A stretch of 55,645 nt of DNA from a virus (taxonomy: Duplodnaviria; Caudoviricetes), in IMG/VR virus record IMGVR_UViG_3300012948_000295, positions 1-55,645 of that record; one strand, written 5' to 3'. The notes below the pieces were generated by a model. That model saw only the letters and a program-made list of their open reading frames with translations, was not told the DNA's origin and did no database searches. The translations under genes and the position numbers were made by a program. This document shows, piece by piece, positions 9,819-20,200 of the stretch (position 1 is the first letter of the stretch; every line of letters begins with the position of its first letter).

Positions 9819-12800
9819 TCAATTCGTTGCAACGATTTGGGTTTTGGTCAGAACGCTCGAATACCGTAAACCAACCATCATCCATGTACTGACACCCGCA
9901 GGGCACGATACAGGGAGGGGCACATTGGGCGATGCAATATAGTTTGATTCCCAGACGATGCTTTGCGCATTGGTGCAGAGGAAGAGAAAAACCACCATAT
10001 CCCCGTCATTTTGATTCACCGTAATATTTTTGATCGTCAGTGTGCCACTTGCACCCGTCATTTGCATTTGACACTGGTCGCTTGTGTCCCAAGAACAGAG
10101 GAAGTTGACGCTACTGGTAAGAGTGGTAATGCGGTTCTGAGGTGCCCGTGTCGTCGCCATAAGACAGTATTTGCCGCTGGTGCTATTGAAGCTATAGAGA
10201 AAATGATTGTACGTAATATTGTCGCCGGTAATGCCTGTAGGCAGGGCAAGGCCACATTCGTTACTGTAGAGCGTGTCCCAGGTGATAGCCACAGGGGTGG
10301 CCCCTTTAAAGACAAGTTCGAGGCTTTGCTGATCCGTAGGCGTCCCAATCGGATTGGCGACGAAAGTGGCGACAGCCAGATCATAGCGGTAAGCCACGTC
10401 CGTCGTATCAATGTTGGGGGTGACAGTCGTCCTGGTCCCGAGCTGGACTACACGCGGAACAATCTCTTTGTTTGTGAGCACCGCCACTGCGCTATTCTTG
10501 GTCGCGTCACTCGTATTATCGACGTTCCCCAGGCCTACATCACTCTTAGTCGGCTGCGCCGTCGAAAGCACCCCTGTATCACTTAAGCCCGTGACAAACT
10601 GTGACGTCGCCGGGGTCAGCGAGCGCACCGTATGCGTGGCAATCCCGGCATCATCGAGCAGTTCCAGCACTTTAGCCGTACTATCGACGTAAAGCGTGGC
10701 TTTCCCGCTTGCTGGCGTTCCTGGCTGGACCATAGGCGTCAACGTGAGACGCTGGGAGGGTGTGGCATCGCTAAAACACGTCACAGTGACGCACGTTCCC
10801 ACGGTGTTTACAGCCGGAGGCGATCCGGCTAAATCCCCGTAGCTGAGCTGACTGACTGTGAACGCACCGCCTACGCTATTTTGGCGCACCACAAACGAGG
10901 CCCCCCCCGACGTACTAAAATCAGTGGTGCCCGCAGGAAACGTAATGGTATTCGCCCCAGAGACAGCAGGAGACTTCAGCGTCACTGTTCCCGACGTTGC
11001 GCCCGAGAGCAGGAGTTGCTTGACCGTCTGGCCTGTGGCACTCGTAAACACGTTGGCCGCTGTCAGATCTGCAGCATTGGTTACTTGCGCCGCCGTATAA
11101 TCCCCGCTGGCCGCTGTGACCGCGCCAGTACGGGTAAACACACTCGACACAGCACCTGTAGGAGGCGTGCCTGTCAGCTCACTATAGTCCAGCGTGGCAA
11201 CGGTAATCGCTCCCCCAGCAGTCGATTGGCGTAGAATTCTTCCAGCCCCACCCGTAGACGACAGATCAGTGGTGCCCGCTGGTAGTGTCAGCGTATTACT
11301 CCCCGCCACTGCTGCAGATTTGACCGTCAGTGATCCCGACGTGGATCCAGGCAAGATAAGCTGTTTCATCGACTGGCCAGCAGCACTCGTAAACACGTTT
11401 GCTGCCGTCAAGTCGGCAGCATTGGTCACGAGGGCCGCTGTATAGTCTCCTGTTTGTGCAGTAATAGCGCCGGTGCGGCCAAACACGCTGGCAACGGCAC
11501 CTGTAGGAGGCGTGCCTGTCAGCTCGCTATAGTCCAGTGTCGCAACGGTAATTGCTCCACCCGCAGTGGACTGGCGTAACAGTCTTCCAGGCCCACCCGT
11601 AGATGACAGGTCGGTTGTACCCGCTGGCAGAGTAAGCGTGTTACTCCCCGCCACTGCTGCAGATTTGACCGTCAGTGATCCCGACGTAGCCCCTGGCAGG
11701 ATAAGCTGTTTCATCGACTGGCCAGAGCCAGACGTAAAGATATTGGCGATCGTCACGTCAGCAGCGTTGGTCACCTGGCTTGCTGTATAGTCGCCTGTTT
11801 GCGCCACAACCGTTCCTGTGCGTCCAAAAACAGAACCCACTGATCCACTGGGGGGGACTCCTGTAATTTCGCTATAGTCGAGGGTTGAAACCGTAAACGG
11901 CCCCCCCACCGTCGCTTGCCTCACAACTTTTCCGGGCCCCCCGGTTCCCGAAAAATCAGTCGTGGCCGCAGGCAGTGTCAAAGTTTGCGCTCCACCCCCA
12001 GCAGGAATAAGCACCGTCAGCGTATTGGGCGCCGTGCCGAGAATAAGCCTACGCATCGTCTGGCCTGTGGCACTCGTAAACACGTTGGCCGCTGTCAGGT
12101 CCGCAGCATTAGTCACTTGTGCCGCCGTGTAGTCACCGTTGGTCGCAACCACAGCCCCTGTGCGACTAAAGACGCTCGCAACGGGCGCAGCAGGAGGTGT
12201 CCCGGTGAGTTCGCTATAGTCGAGCGTGCCCACAGTCAAGGGTGCTCCTGTGGCGACTTGCTTGACCACGCGGCCAACTCCCCCCGTCGTCGTGAAATCA
12301 GTACTCCCGGCTGGCAGCGTGAGCGTGCTAGCGCCTGCGACTGCTGCAGATTTGACAGTTAACGATCCAGACGTCGCCCCTGGCAAGATAAGTTGCTTCA
12401 TGCTTTGCCCAGTGGCACTACTAAACACGTTAGCCGCTGTCACGTCGGCAGCATTCGTCACTTGACTGGCGCTATAATCCCCGTTCGATGCGGCGACAAT
12501 GCCGGTGCGGCCAAACACACTCGCCACCGCACCAGCCGGAGGCGTCCCCGTCAGATCGCTATAGTCAAGCTGGCTGACTGTGAGTGCGCCTCCTACGCTG
12601 TTTTGCCGCACGACAAACGACGTGCCGCCCGACGTGCTGAAATCCGTGGTCCCGGCGGGCAGTGTGAGAGACTGCGCACCACCCGTGCCAGGCACTTGCA
12701 GCGTCACAGTATTAGGCGCCGTGCCTATCGTGAGCTTACGCACCGTTTGCCCGGTCGCGTTGGTAAACGTATTAGCGGCTGTGGTATCGGCAGCGTTCGT

Positions 12801-12986
12801 GACTTTTGCCGCTGTATAATCGCCTGGCTGGGCAATAACATCGCCAGTACGCCCGTACACGCTGCTCACAGCCCCCGTGCCAGCCGTGCCCGTAGGACGA
12901 CTCCCCACACTACCCGTTTGCAGAGCTGTGGCTGTAGAGCCTGTCAGGCACGCCAGAAGAAGGATTAAGAGGAGGAGGCGTCTCAC
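9819..12986 (-). CDS. Tail fibre-like protein with six ~115-aa repeats and signal peptide
   Basis: V.SVFGRTG.V.A..GDY repeats; KSDVGLGNVDNTSDATK fibre motif; NPIGTPTD..ITW C-terminal domain. Confidence 0.85.
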   Translation of the reverse strand: MRRLLLLILLLACLTGSTATALQTGSVGSRPTGTAGTGAVSSVYGRTGDVIAQPGDYTAAKVTNAADTTAANTFTNATGQTVRKLTIGTAPNTVTLQVPGTGGAQSLTLPAGTTDFSTSGGTSFVVRQNSVGGALTVSQLDYSDLTGTPPAGAVASVFGRTGIVAASNGDYSASQVTNAADVTAANVFSSATGQSMKQLILPGATSGSLTVKSAAVAGASTLTLPAGSTDFTTTGGVGRVVKQVATGAPLTVGTLDYSELTGTPPAAPVASVFSRTGAVVATNGDYTAAQVTNAADLTAANVFTSATGQTMRRLILGTAPNTLTVLIPAGGGAQTLTLPAATTDFSGTGGPGKVVRQATVGGPFTVSTLDYSEITGVPPSGSVGSVFGRTGTVVAQTGDYTASQVTNAADVTIANIFTSGSGQSMKQLILPGATSGSLTVKSAAVAGSNTLTLPAGTTDLSSTGGPGRLLRQSTAGGAITVATLDYSELTGTPPTGAVASVFGRTGAITAQTGDYTAALVTNAADLTAANVFTSAAGQSMKQLILPGSTSGSLTVKSAAVAGSNTLTLPAGTTDLSSTGGAGRILRQSTAGGAITVATLDYSELTGTPPTGAVSSVFTRTGAVTAASGDYTAAQVTNAADLTAANVFTSATGQTVKQLLLSGATSGTVTLKSPAVSGANTITFPAGTTDFSTSGGASFVVRQNSVGGAFTVSQLSYGDLAGSPPAVNTVGTCVTVTCFSDATPSQRLTLTPMVQPGTPASGKATLYVDSTAKVLELLDDAGIATHTVRSLTPATSQFVTGLSDTGVLSTAQPTKSDVGLGNVDNTSDATKNSAVAVLTNKEIVPRVVQLGTRTTVTPNIDTTDVAYRYDLAVATFVANPIGTPTDQQSLELVFKGATPVAITWDTLYSNECGLALPTGITGDNITYNHFLYSFNSTSGKYCLMATTRAPQNRITTLTSSVNFLCSWDTSDQCQMQMTGASGTLTIKNITVNQNDGDMVVFLFLCTNAQSIVWESNYIASPNVPLPVSCPAGVSTWMMVGLRYSSVLTKTQIVATN
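10800..12875 (-). repeat. Six tandem ~345-nt coding repeats in the fibre gene (boundaries approximate)
   Basis: SV(F/Y)xRTG motif recurs near 12855, 12510, 12165, 11820, 11478 and 11135. Confidence 0.9.
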
Positions 12987-13300
12987 TGGGGTTTCTCTCC
13001 TTCTTTCTTGTCTGGCAGTGGAGGCACTGCCGCTTGCCCTGGCGGGGGCGGTGGCACAAGAAGCGCGTCATACTGCTTTTTAAGCTCCATAGCTTGCGCC
13101 CACAGCTCGGCTAGGTTGTCTTCACACCGCGCCGTCGCTTCTCGACTGCGTTGCAAAGCAATCTTAAGAGCAGCAAGCGACGGCTCTTGTTTCTCGTGTT
13201 GCTCTTGTGCCCACAGGCGAGGGGAGGAGGAGAGCAGGTACAAACTCATCCCCAGGCCCAGCCAGCGTCCCATACGTCCCATGTGGCCCAGGAGAGTCAA
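12983..13300 (-). CDS. Small secreted/membrane coiled-coil protein
   Basis: Signal-like N-terminus (LWA), heptad-like segment, poly-Pro tail. Confidence 0.6.
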   Translation of the reverse strand: MTLLGHMGRMGRWLGLGMSLYLLSSSPRLWAQEQHEKQEPSLAALKIALQRSREATARCEDNLAELWAQAMELKKQYDALLVPPPPPGQAAVPPLPDKKEGEKPQ

Positions 13301-13302
13301 CG

Positions 13303-13554
13303 TTACCGCTCCTTGTCTGCCGCGAGTTGGCGTTCAAGCTCGGCCACCCGCGCCTCCGCTGTTTCCGCACGATCCAGCAAGAGCGCGGCAAGCTGCTTCG
13401 TATAGGCCAGGGTGTCTTGCTCAATGCGCAGCAGCATTTGACACTGCCTGAGGGGCTCCGGGGGCACCCGTGGCGCCTCGGCCCAGAGCACGGGACTGGC
13501 CAGGGTGAGCCCCAGGCTCAGACTAATTACAGGCATTACTGGCGGTACTCGCAC
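13303..13554 (-). CDS. Small secreted/membrane coiled-coil protein
   Basis: LSLGLTLASPVLWA then AEARVAELERQL coiled coil; GTG start with GGGGAG RBS. Confidence 0.55.
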   Translation of the reverse strand: MRVPPVMPVISLSLGLTLASPVLWAEAPRVPPEPLRQCQMLLRIEQDTLAYTKQLAALLLDRAETAEARVAELERQLAADKER

Positions 13555-15838
13555 GCAGTCTCCCCGTCGTTTGATCGACACACACGACCTTCCAGGCGGT
13601 GCCACCTCCAGGCGAGGTCGTCAAATCGCCCAGACGCACGGCCCCGGCCGCAACGTTCAGTGCCCAGATATTGGTCAGCGTCATGTTCGTACTCGCTAAG
13701 GGACTATTCGCTATATAGACGGTTGAGGCATCCGTTGTCGTCACAGGGGTATTGCGAGCGGTCACAGTAGGCCGTTGAAACGCGAACGCATTCAGCGTCG
13801 CTGCTGTCCCACTCGCCGCAGTATTTTCATCGTTAAAGGTCGCAGCCGTGAAGTCGGCTATCGCCCCAGCAGTCCCAGGATGAGCGGTCTGAGTACTGCC
13901 TAACGTCAGCAGGGTAGACATGGGGTGTGAACTACTCCCTGTCGCTTGTTTACTCAGGGTACTACTAAAGGTCAGGATCCCTGCTGTCCCCGTCCCTGAC
14001 CCTATGGCGGCTTGCACAAGAAAACTCGCTGCGGCACTGTTCGATCCACTCCGAGTCCCCCCTGTCACCCCTATGGACTGTAACTGGGGCGATGCGGCAA
14101 AGCCGGACCCTGACACGCGGAAGGACGCAGCCTGAATATTCGCATCGGCACTATCAGCAGCGTTTCTAATACCAGCGAGCGAGTTCGCGAAGTACTTGAG
14201 CCGTGCCCCATCAGCAGCAGTGCCCAGGAGAACCGACTGCGTACTCGGCATACTCAGCCCAAGATTAAAGACGTGCGTCCCGGTCCACACATAGTTGGCG
14301 GTTTGATCCACGACGCCCCCAGCCCCCACGATATCCGCCGCACAGATAATTTGATTCGAGGCGTTGACCGTCAGCTTGCCGCCATTACTGTCGCCCGTGC
14401 AGATACTTGTGGTCAGATTCCACAGAATGCCAAAGGGTGTCGTATAGCCAAAAAAGAGGGTACCAGAGGCCCCGCTGGTGGTATAGAGGTTGGTCGTATT
14501 GGGAGCATAATTCTGATAGACGTAGGCGGCATTCGCGCTGGAGTTATCAAAATGAAAGGCACCGACGCTGCCACTGGTATTGGTGCCGTAGAAGATATTG
14601 TCCTTGATATGGGCCATGGCCAGTCCGGTGGCAACAACGGCGGCGGCATTGCTCCCCGCCACATTCACCTGATTGTCTTCGATGACACTGTTGCGCAGAA
14701 ACCGGGCATTCATCCCCTGGCCCCCGGCGACCGCACTATTGCGCAAGGTAATGAGATTGCCGATGAGTTTAAAATCGTCCAGGAAGAGATTGTCAACCGC
14801 CGACGACTGGAGGGCAATAGCAATCGAGCTATTGGCAAAGGAAGCGCCGTAATCAATGACGTTATTGGCGACCAGGAAATTCCGAAAGGTGTTGCCGGTG
14901 GTGGCGGTGACCGTGGACGACGAGCCGATTTTGATGGCATTCCTGACGGCGGTCCCAGTGCCGGTAAAGACGATGGTGTTCCCCTGGACGGTCATATTAT
15001 AGTACGAATAATCATTGACGTTGGCGGGATCGAGATCGATGCAGATACTGCCACAGGAGATGTTGCCATCGACAATATGGTTATTGATAATCTTGACGTT
15101 CTTAACCTGACGTCCAGAGGCGCCGGATTGACTGAAGACCCCGATGCCGGCCGTCATCCGGGGCCGCGTCACAAAATTGGAACTGATCGTCACTCCCGAA
15201 ACCCCGTCTACTTCCATCTGGGTATCATCCAGCACGTTGCCAAAAATCAGCGCATCGGTATCCGTCCCGGCCTGATCGCCGGTAGCAATAAGGCCGAATT
15301 TATCATTGGTATTGGTAGTATTGAGGTTCGAGTCAAAGATATGGTTATAGAGCGCCTTAAAGCGCATCACATGCCCAAACTTCGGCCCACCACAGAAGTT
15401 CAGGCAGTTGTTCATGTCAAAGCCCAGATTTTGCACGGTAATATCGGTATTGCCAGCCCCCGAGAAGTAGAGCAGGGGCAGCGTATCATTGCCGCCGCTC
15501 CCCGGCGAGAGCCGTTTGAGAATCGACTGATTGGCGCCGGGGCTGTTAAACGTCAGCCCGTGGCGATTCGTGACGTTAATATTTTCGACGACATAGGTCC
15601 CAGGCGGAAACCACACCGTCCCCCCATCAGGCGTTGCCGCAATCGCGGCGATAATCGCCGCGGTGTCGTTCGTGGTGCCGTCGCCAGTCGCGCTATAGGG
15701 CGCATCTTTGACGTTCGTGACTAGGGTCTGCCCCACACCCCCGGTACCGCCCCCAGTTTCTCCACCCATAATGAGCGCAAACGCAGGAGAGACGCAGCAG
15801 AGAAGACAGAGAAGAATAAGCAGAGAGAGACGCTTCAC
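13523..15838 (-). CDS. Tailspike-like beta-helix protein (Pectate_lyase_3-type N-terminus) with signal peptide
   Basis: NVKDAPYSATGDGTTNDTAAI..GTVWFPPGTY; N-terminal MKRLSLLILLCLLCCVSPAFA. Confidence 0.9.
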   Translation of the reverse strand: MKRLSLLILLCLLCCVSPAFALIMGGETGGGTGGVGQTLVTNVKDAPYSATGDGTTNDTAAIIAAIAATPDGGTVWFPPGTYVVENINVTNRHGLTFNSPGANQSILKRLSPGSGGNDTLPLLYFSGAGNTDITVQNLGFDMNNCLNFCGGPKFGHVMRFKALYNHIFDSNLNTTNTNDKFGLIATGDQAGTDTDALIFGNVLDDTQMEVDGVSGVTISSNFVTRPRMTAGIGVFSQSGASGRQVKNVKIINNHIVDGNISCGSICIDLDPANVNDYSYYNMTVQGNTIVFTGTGTAVRNAIKIGSSSTVTATTGNTFRNFLVANNVIDYGASFANSSIAIALQSSAVDNLFLDDFKLIGNLITLRNSAVAGGQGMNARFLRNSVIEDNQVNVAGSNAAAVVATGLAMAHIKDNIFYGTNTSGSVGAFHFDNSSANAAYVYQNYAPNTTNLYTTSGASGTLFFGYTTPFGILWNLTTSICTGDSNGGKLTVNASNQIICAADIVGAGGVVDQTANYVWTGTHVFNLGLSMPSTQSVLLGTAADGARLKYFANSLAGIRNAADSADANIQAASFRVSGSGFAASPQLQSIGVTGGTRSGSNSAAASFLVQAAIGSGTGTAGILTFSSTLSKQATGSSSHPMSTLLTLGSTQTAHPGTAGAIADFTAATFNDENTAASGTAATLNAFAFQRPTVTARNTPVTTTDASTVYIANSPLASTNMTLTNIWALNVAAGAVRLGDLTTSPGGGTAWKVVCVDQTTGRLRASTASNACN

Positions 15839-16203
15839 GGCAAGCCCTCAACAACCGACACAATTGCATCATTGGCGCCAGCACGAATGCACTGCCACTG
15901 CCCCTGTCCCTCTAAATCCATGCCGAGCCATTTCCAGCCACCCACCACAAAGCCGCTTGATGCCGTAGGAGGCGCATCGTTTGTTACGTCCGAACAGCGA
16001 ATATCGTTAGGCGAATTGTTATAGATAATCGCCGCACACCGAGCCGTATTAGCCATTAAGACAGTCACAGGCGTACTGCTAATCTGAATATCTTGTTGCG
16101 TTGTGCCCTGCACGTTCGCTTTGACTTTCCGGCAATTCTGGGCGTCTACCTGTGATAAACAGATCAGGCTCCCAAGAATCGCTCCAATTGTCCACAGCCA
16201 CAT
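15835..16203 (-). CDS. Small tail-cluster beta-sandwich protein with signal peptide
   Basis: ANTARCAAIIYNNS motif; N-terminus ending VDA; GGAGG RBS. Confidence 0.65.
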   Translation of the reverse strand: MWLWTIGAILGSLICLSQVDAQNCRKVKANVQGTTQQDIQISSTPVTVLMANTARCAAIIYNNSPNDIRCSDVTNDAPPTASSGFVVGGWKWLGMDLEGQGQWQCIRAGANDAIVSVVEGLP

Positions 16204-16224
16204 AGCCACCTCCTAAGCCGCGTT

Positions 16225-17112
16225 CTAGCGCGAAGCTACCCCGCTATAATCCACATACCAGGCATCGGCCAGGACATAACTGGTTGCGGTATCGCCCGCA
16301 TCATCCCCTAAGCGAGAGACGTTAAACACGTAACCATCCCCAGGCTGGAGCGAGGCCCCGGCCTGCGTGAGTTGGATCACATGACAATTGGTGTCGCCTG
16401 GCGCAAAATTGATCGTCTGAATGCCGCCGGCCGCAATCGCGGTATTATCCCGAAAGATCGTAAATTGCCACTGCATACGCGCTGTCCCCACCCCCGACGT
16501 GTTGAAGCGCCGAAACAGGTTGAGAATAAGCGTGGTATTCGGCTGCCACCCGTCAGGAATAAAGCCGCGAAAGTTCCAAGCTGTGGAGCCGGTCGGACTC
16601 CAGGTCGCGTTTTCATCACTAATAGAGTTGACAGCCACAGGCATGTGCCGCCGGGTATACGTGGTACGCCAGGTCGGCGTGCCCTTCATCTCTTGCTCGA
16701 CAAAGCGCAACTCCTTAATTTCATCGGCCCCAGACTGGGCGAGCACTTCTGTTCCCGCCTCCCCTGGATCAAGCGTCTCGTTACTCTGCGCCACGGTACT
16801 CGAATAATCGTTGATTAATGTTAAGTCCCCTTGTGGGTTGACCACAAAATTATCGACTGTCCAGAGCGTCACCCCTGTGGAGTCTCTCTGGCGAATCTTA
16901 TAGGCCACGCCAACCGTGAAATAGATATTGGCTCTCCCCGAGGCATCGAGCACCACAGGATTCGTATTTGGCGTAGCACCCGCCGGATCACTATACGTGG
17001 CCAGCGGCGTAAACGTGCCAGCCGCAAACGTATCAACCAGGCCACCTGCCAGCATGGCCCCGTTATTATTTGCGGCCCGGTATACTGGAAACGGCGCTAA
17101 AGCCACAGCCAT
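16225..17112 (-). CDS. Head-binding/adaptor tail protein (no signal peptide)
   Basis: NGAMLAGG..AAGT.TPLATYSD..NTNPVVLDASGRA, typical N-terminus of tailspike anchors in P22-like phages. Confidence 0.8.
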   Translation of the reverse strand: MAVALAPFPVYRAANNNGAMLAGGLVDTFAAGTFTPLATYSDPAGATPNTNPVVLDASGRANIYFTVGVAYKIRQRDSTGVTLWTVDNFVVNPQGDLTLINDYSSTVAQSNETLDPGEAGTEVLAQSGADEIKELRFVEQEMKGTPTWRTTYTRRHMPVAVNSISDENATWSPTGSTAWNFRGFIPDGWQPNTTLILNLFRRFNTSGVGTARMQWQFTIFRDNTAIAAGGIQTINFAPGDTNCHVIQLTQAGASLQPGDGYVFNVSRLGDDAGDTATSYVLADAWYVDYSGVASR

Positions 17113-17264
17113 GTGCTATACTTTCTCTCAGGTAAAAACCTGCACGAATACTCAGGGGAGACACGTTATGTTTGAGGCATTTACCAGCGTCTGTTTAAGC
17201 ATCCTGTACGTCATGTTCATTTCCAAACTGGTGGAATCCGTCATGCCCAAGAAAGCGCCGCCTC

Positions 17265-20200
17265 CTAACGATCCACCGGGCCATCTGCCGCATCTGTCGA
17301 TTTCTGCCGCAGCCGCTCACGCATGGCGCCGAGAGCACCAGAGAGACCACCAACAATTTCCGGTGTCAGAATGCCCCCTGTGCGGTCTATCGCGCCAAGC
17401 AGCCACGGGCGCAGCGTTGGGGACAGGAATGCCTGTGACAGTAGATAATTAACCTGTGGGATGGCTTCTTTGGCCACCACAGCAGCAATAGGCAAATGCC
17501 CAAACATCGGACCAATGACCGGGATATGCTGGGCACCCGCCGCACCGCCAAGCTCTAAAAGCGCCGTTAAGGGATTGAACTGTGGCCGCGCCCCCAGTGT
17601 CGGCTCAAGCGCTGGGGGCACAGGCGGAAGCACAAGCGGCCCCTGCCCAGGCACCTGCACAGCGGGAGGACGCGGGGGCGGAAGCCCAGGCACCGGAGGT
17701 GTGCCAGGTATAGGCGCCACAGGGGCTATGCCAGGCGTAGGCGCCACAGGAGCTACGGGAAGCTGTGGCCGTGTGCCCCTTGGCATAGCTGGCGTTCCCG
17801 CAAAACTCGCCACATCAGCCCGAATCGCCGCTTGCTCTTCTGGCGGAAACCACCGCAGTACGTCTTTACTCGTGAGTTTGTTCAGCACCCCAGCAATATC
17901 AACCATGAGACGCCCCTGGTCATCTTGCCGCATGACGCCGCCTCTGCCGCGATTTTCGAGTATCCTATGCATCTCGTTGACGCCTTGCTCTTGCTTCCAT
18001 ACCCCGTGTGCTTGTTGCAGCAGGGGGAGCTGATCGGGGATAGACTCGCCGAGAGAATCATAAAACTTCCCAAAGAGTTCATTCGCGGCTTCCCGCGTGG
18101 CTCTATTGCCACTGCGGGTATAGGGGCCAAGCGCTTTAATATTCTCGTAGGCTTGTTTGCCGGTACTACCAGGCCCCTCTTTGGCGATGTTGCCGACGAG
18201 CGTTTGAAATTTGGGGTCCGCATATTCGAGACGTTTTTGCATCCCGGCAATAGCTTCCTGGACAGGCGATTGATCGACACTCGCACCACCGGCAATATCA
18301 AAGTAGCGCTGGTACATCTGGCTTGAGAGGCGCCCCTTGCCTCCTACTGAGACTTGCGGCGCTTCAGCCATTGCATGAAACTGCGGGGCTTCAAGCGTCG
18401 CATGGGTCGAGTAGACAGGGCGCCCCTCTTCAACGCTCGCCCGCACCGCATCCAGCAGCGATCCCTTATCATGAATATCGTAACCGCGCTGCATAAGTTC
18501 TTCGGCCATCTGGTCAGGCGTGAGTCCGTTTTGATTGAGGAGACGTGCCGTTTCTTTGCCGCCTTCACGCTTGCTAATAATGTGATAAAACTCTGTCCCA
18601 AGCTCAGGCTCTTTGCCCAAACTGATGCCGCCAAGCTCTTTAATTGCTGCCTGTAACTCTTGCGCTGGCTCGCCTGTTGGCATCTGCGGCTCTCTGCCAA
18701 CGACAGGCACGGCAGGACGCACAGCGGGTTGCGGCTTCGTCCCCATGCTGCCAGTCTGGGCATAGAGCGCCCCGCCTTCGTCAGCCAGCATCCGGGAAGC
18801 TGTGGCCACATCAGGCGCCCCGAGACGACGCAGGACGGCTTCAGACGCTGCTCCGCCCTGCTCCAGTCGCGCCATATCAAGACGCACGTCGTTAGGCGTT
18901 CTGGCAGGAGCCTGTGGCTTATACTGTTCGGGAAAACTTTCAAGACGTGTAGCCGCTTCTTGTTGGGCTTGCTGTGCTCGATCAAACGCTTGTTGTTTCT
19001 CCCAGGCTGTCCCATACTCCCCAACCTGCTTTTGATACGTCGCCTCCCCGGCTGCTGTCTCTTTTGTGTAGTCTTTCAGCTCGCCCGCGTACTCTTTTTG
19101 CTTGAGTGCTTCCCCCGCCTCAAAGGCTCTCTGCTCTGCGACGTTCGTTTTAGTATAGTCTTGCATACTTCTGGCATAGTCACGCTGACGCGACTTAGCT
19201 TCTTTCAGCGCAGCGGCATAGGCCGCAGCATCGCCCTTTTGCCTGGCATCCCGCAGCGCATCCACGCTCTTTTGCCAGGCTTGCTGTGCCTCAAACGTTT
19301 GCTGCTCAGCCGTCCTGACTGCCTGAGCCGCAGGACCTTGCCTGAGATAGCGCAAGCCTGCGGTTTCAGCGCCCTTAAACAGTCCTGGAATAGCCACAGC
19401 GGCGACATCACTCAGGTTGATCGGCACCGGCCCAACGTGCATCAGGGGTTGTTCTGGCTGGGTCAGTTCCAGACCCTTGTTGAGCCAGTTCGCCGCTATC
19501 CCTCCTGCTGCAGCACCCACAGTGGGAAATCCTACCAGGCTTCCCAGCGCAGCCCCGCCCATGCCCCCGGCGATTTGTACCGCTTCTGCCGCAAGTTGTT
19601 TCGGACCCCCGCCTACCCCTGTTGCCTCCCGAAACGTCTCAGGGGGAATAGGACGCAGCGGTTCAACCTGTGAAGCCTGGGAAGCCACAGGGGGGGAGGC
19701 ATCTCCTGCCCCTTCAATTGTCGCCGTTACCGAGCCTTCGCCATACTTTTCAGGCTCAGCAGGGAGGAGCGCATTAACCGCATCGTAGGGACTGCCCTCT
19801 TGTGGCGTCCCAGTGGGAGCGGGTGCTTGACTCCCACTGGGCAAGAGGGCATTTACCGCGTCATACGGGGAGGATGCTGGCTGCGCCTGTGCGACCTGTT
19901 GCGCTGGTGGGCCTGGCCGCAGGCCAGCCAGATGAGCGTAACGGGGATAGTGCTGCAGCACGTTTTGCGTAAAGTTGGGGTCACTGCCGCCGTTATACTG
20001 CATGAGTGCAGCGCCTACATCGCCCCTGTTCGCATCTAAGAGTTGCCGGAAGTGTTGCAAGCCAGCTCTGGCACTCACCTGTGGATCAGTCCTGGTTTGC
20101 GGCGTCTGGCCATACGCCGCACCTGTGGCATTCGTCACTTGCGCTAGTCCCTGCACGCCTGTGGGACTCTGGGCACTCGGATCAAAGCCCGATTCCTGAT

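Noticed and set aside
14273-15724. 483-aa plus-strand ORF and similar long antisense ORFs (e.g. 18660-19673, 22304-23062)
   Set aside because: Shadows of well-supported minus-strand genes; no motifs
17168-17452. Plus-strand ORF MFEAFTSV.. as a superinfection-exclusion gene
   Set aside because: Has an RBS and hydrophobic start but overlaps the ejection gene extensively; insufficient support
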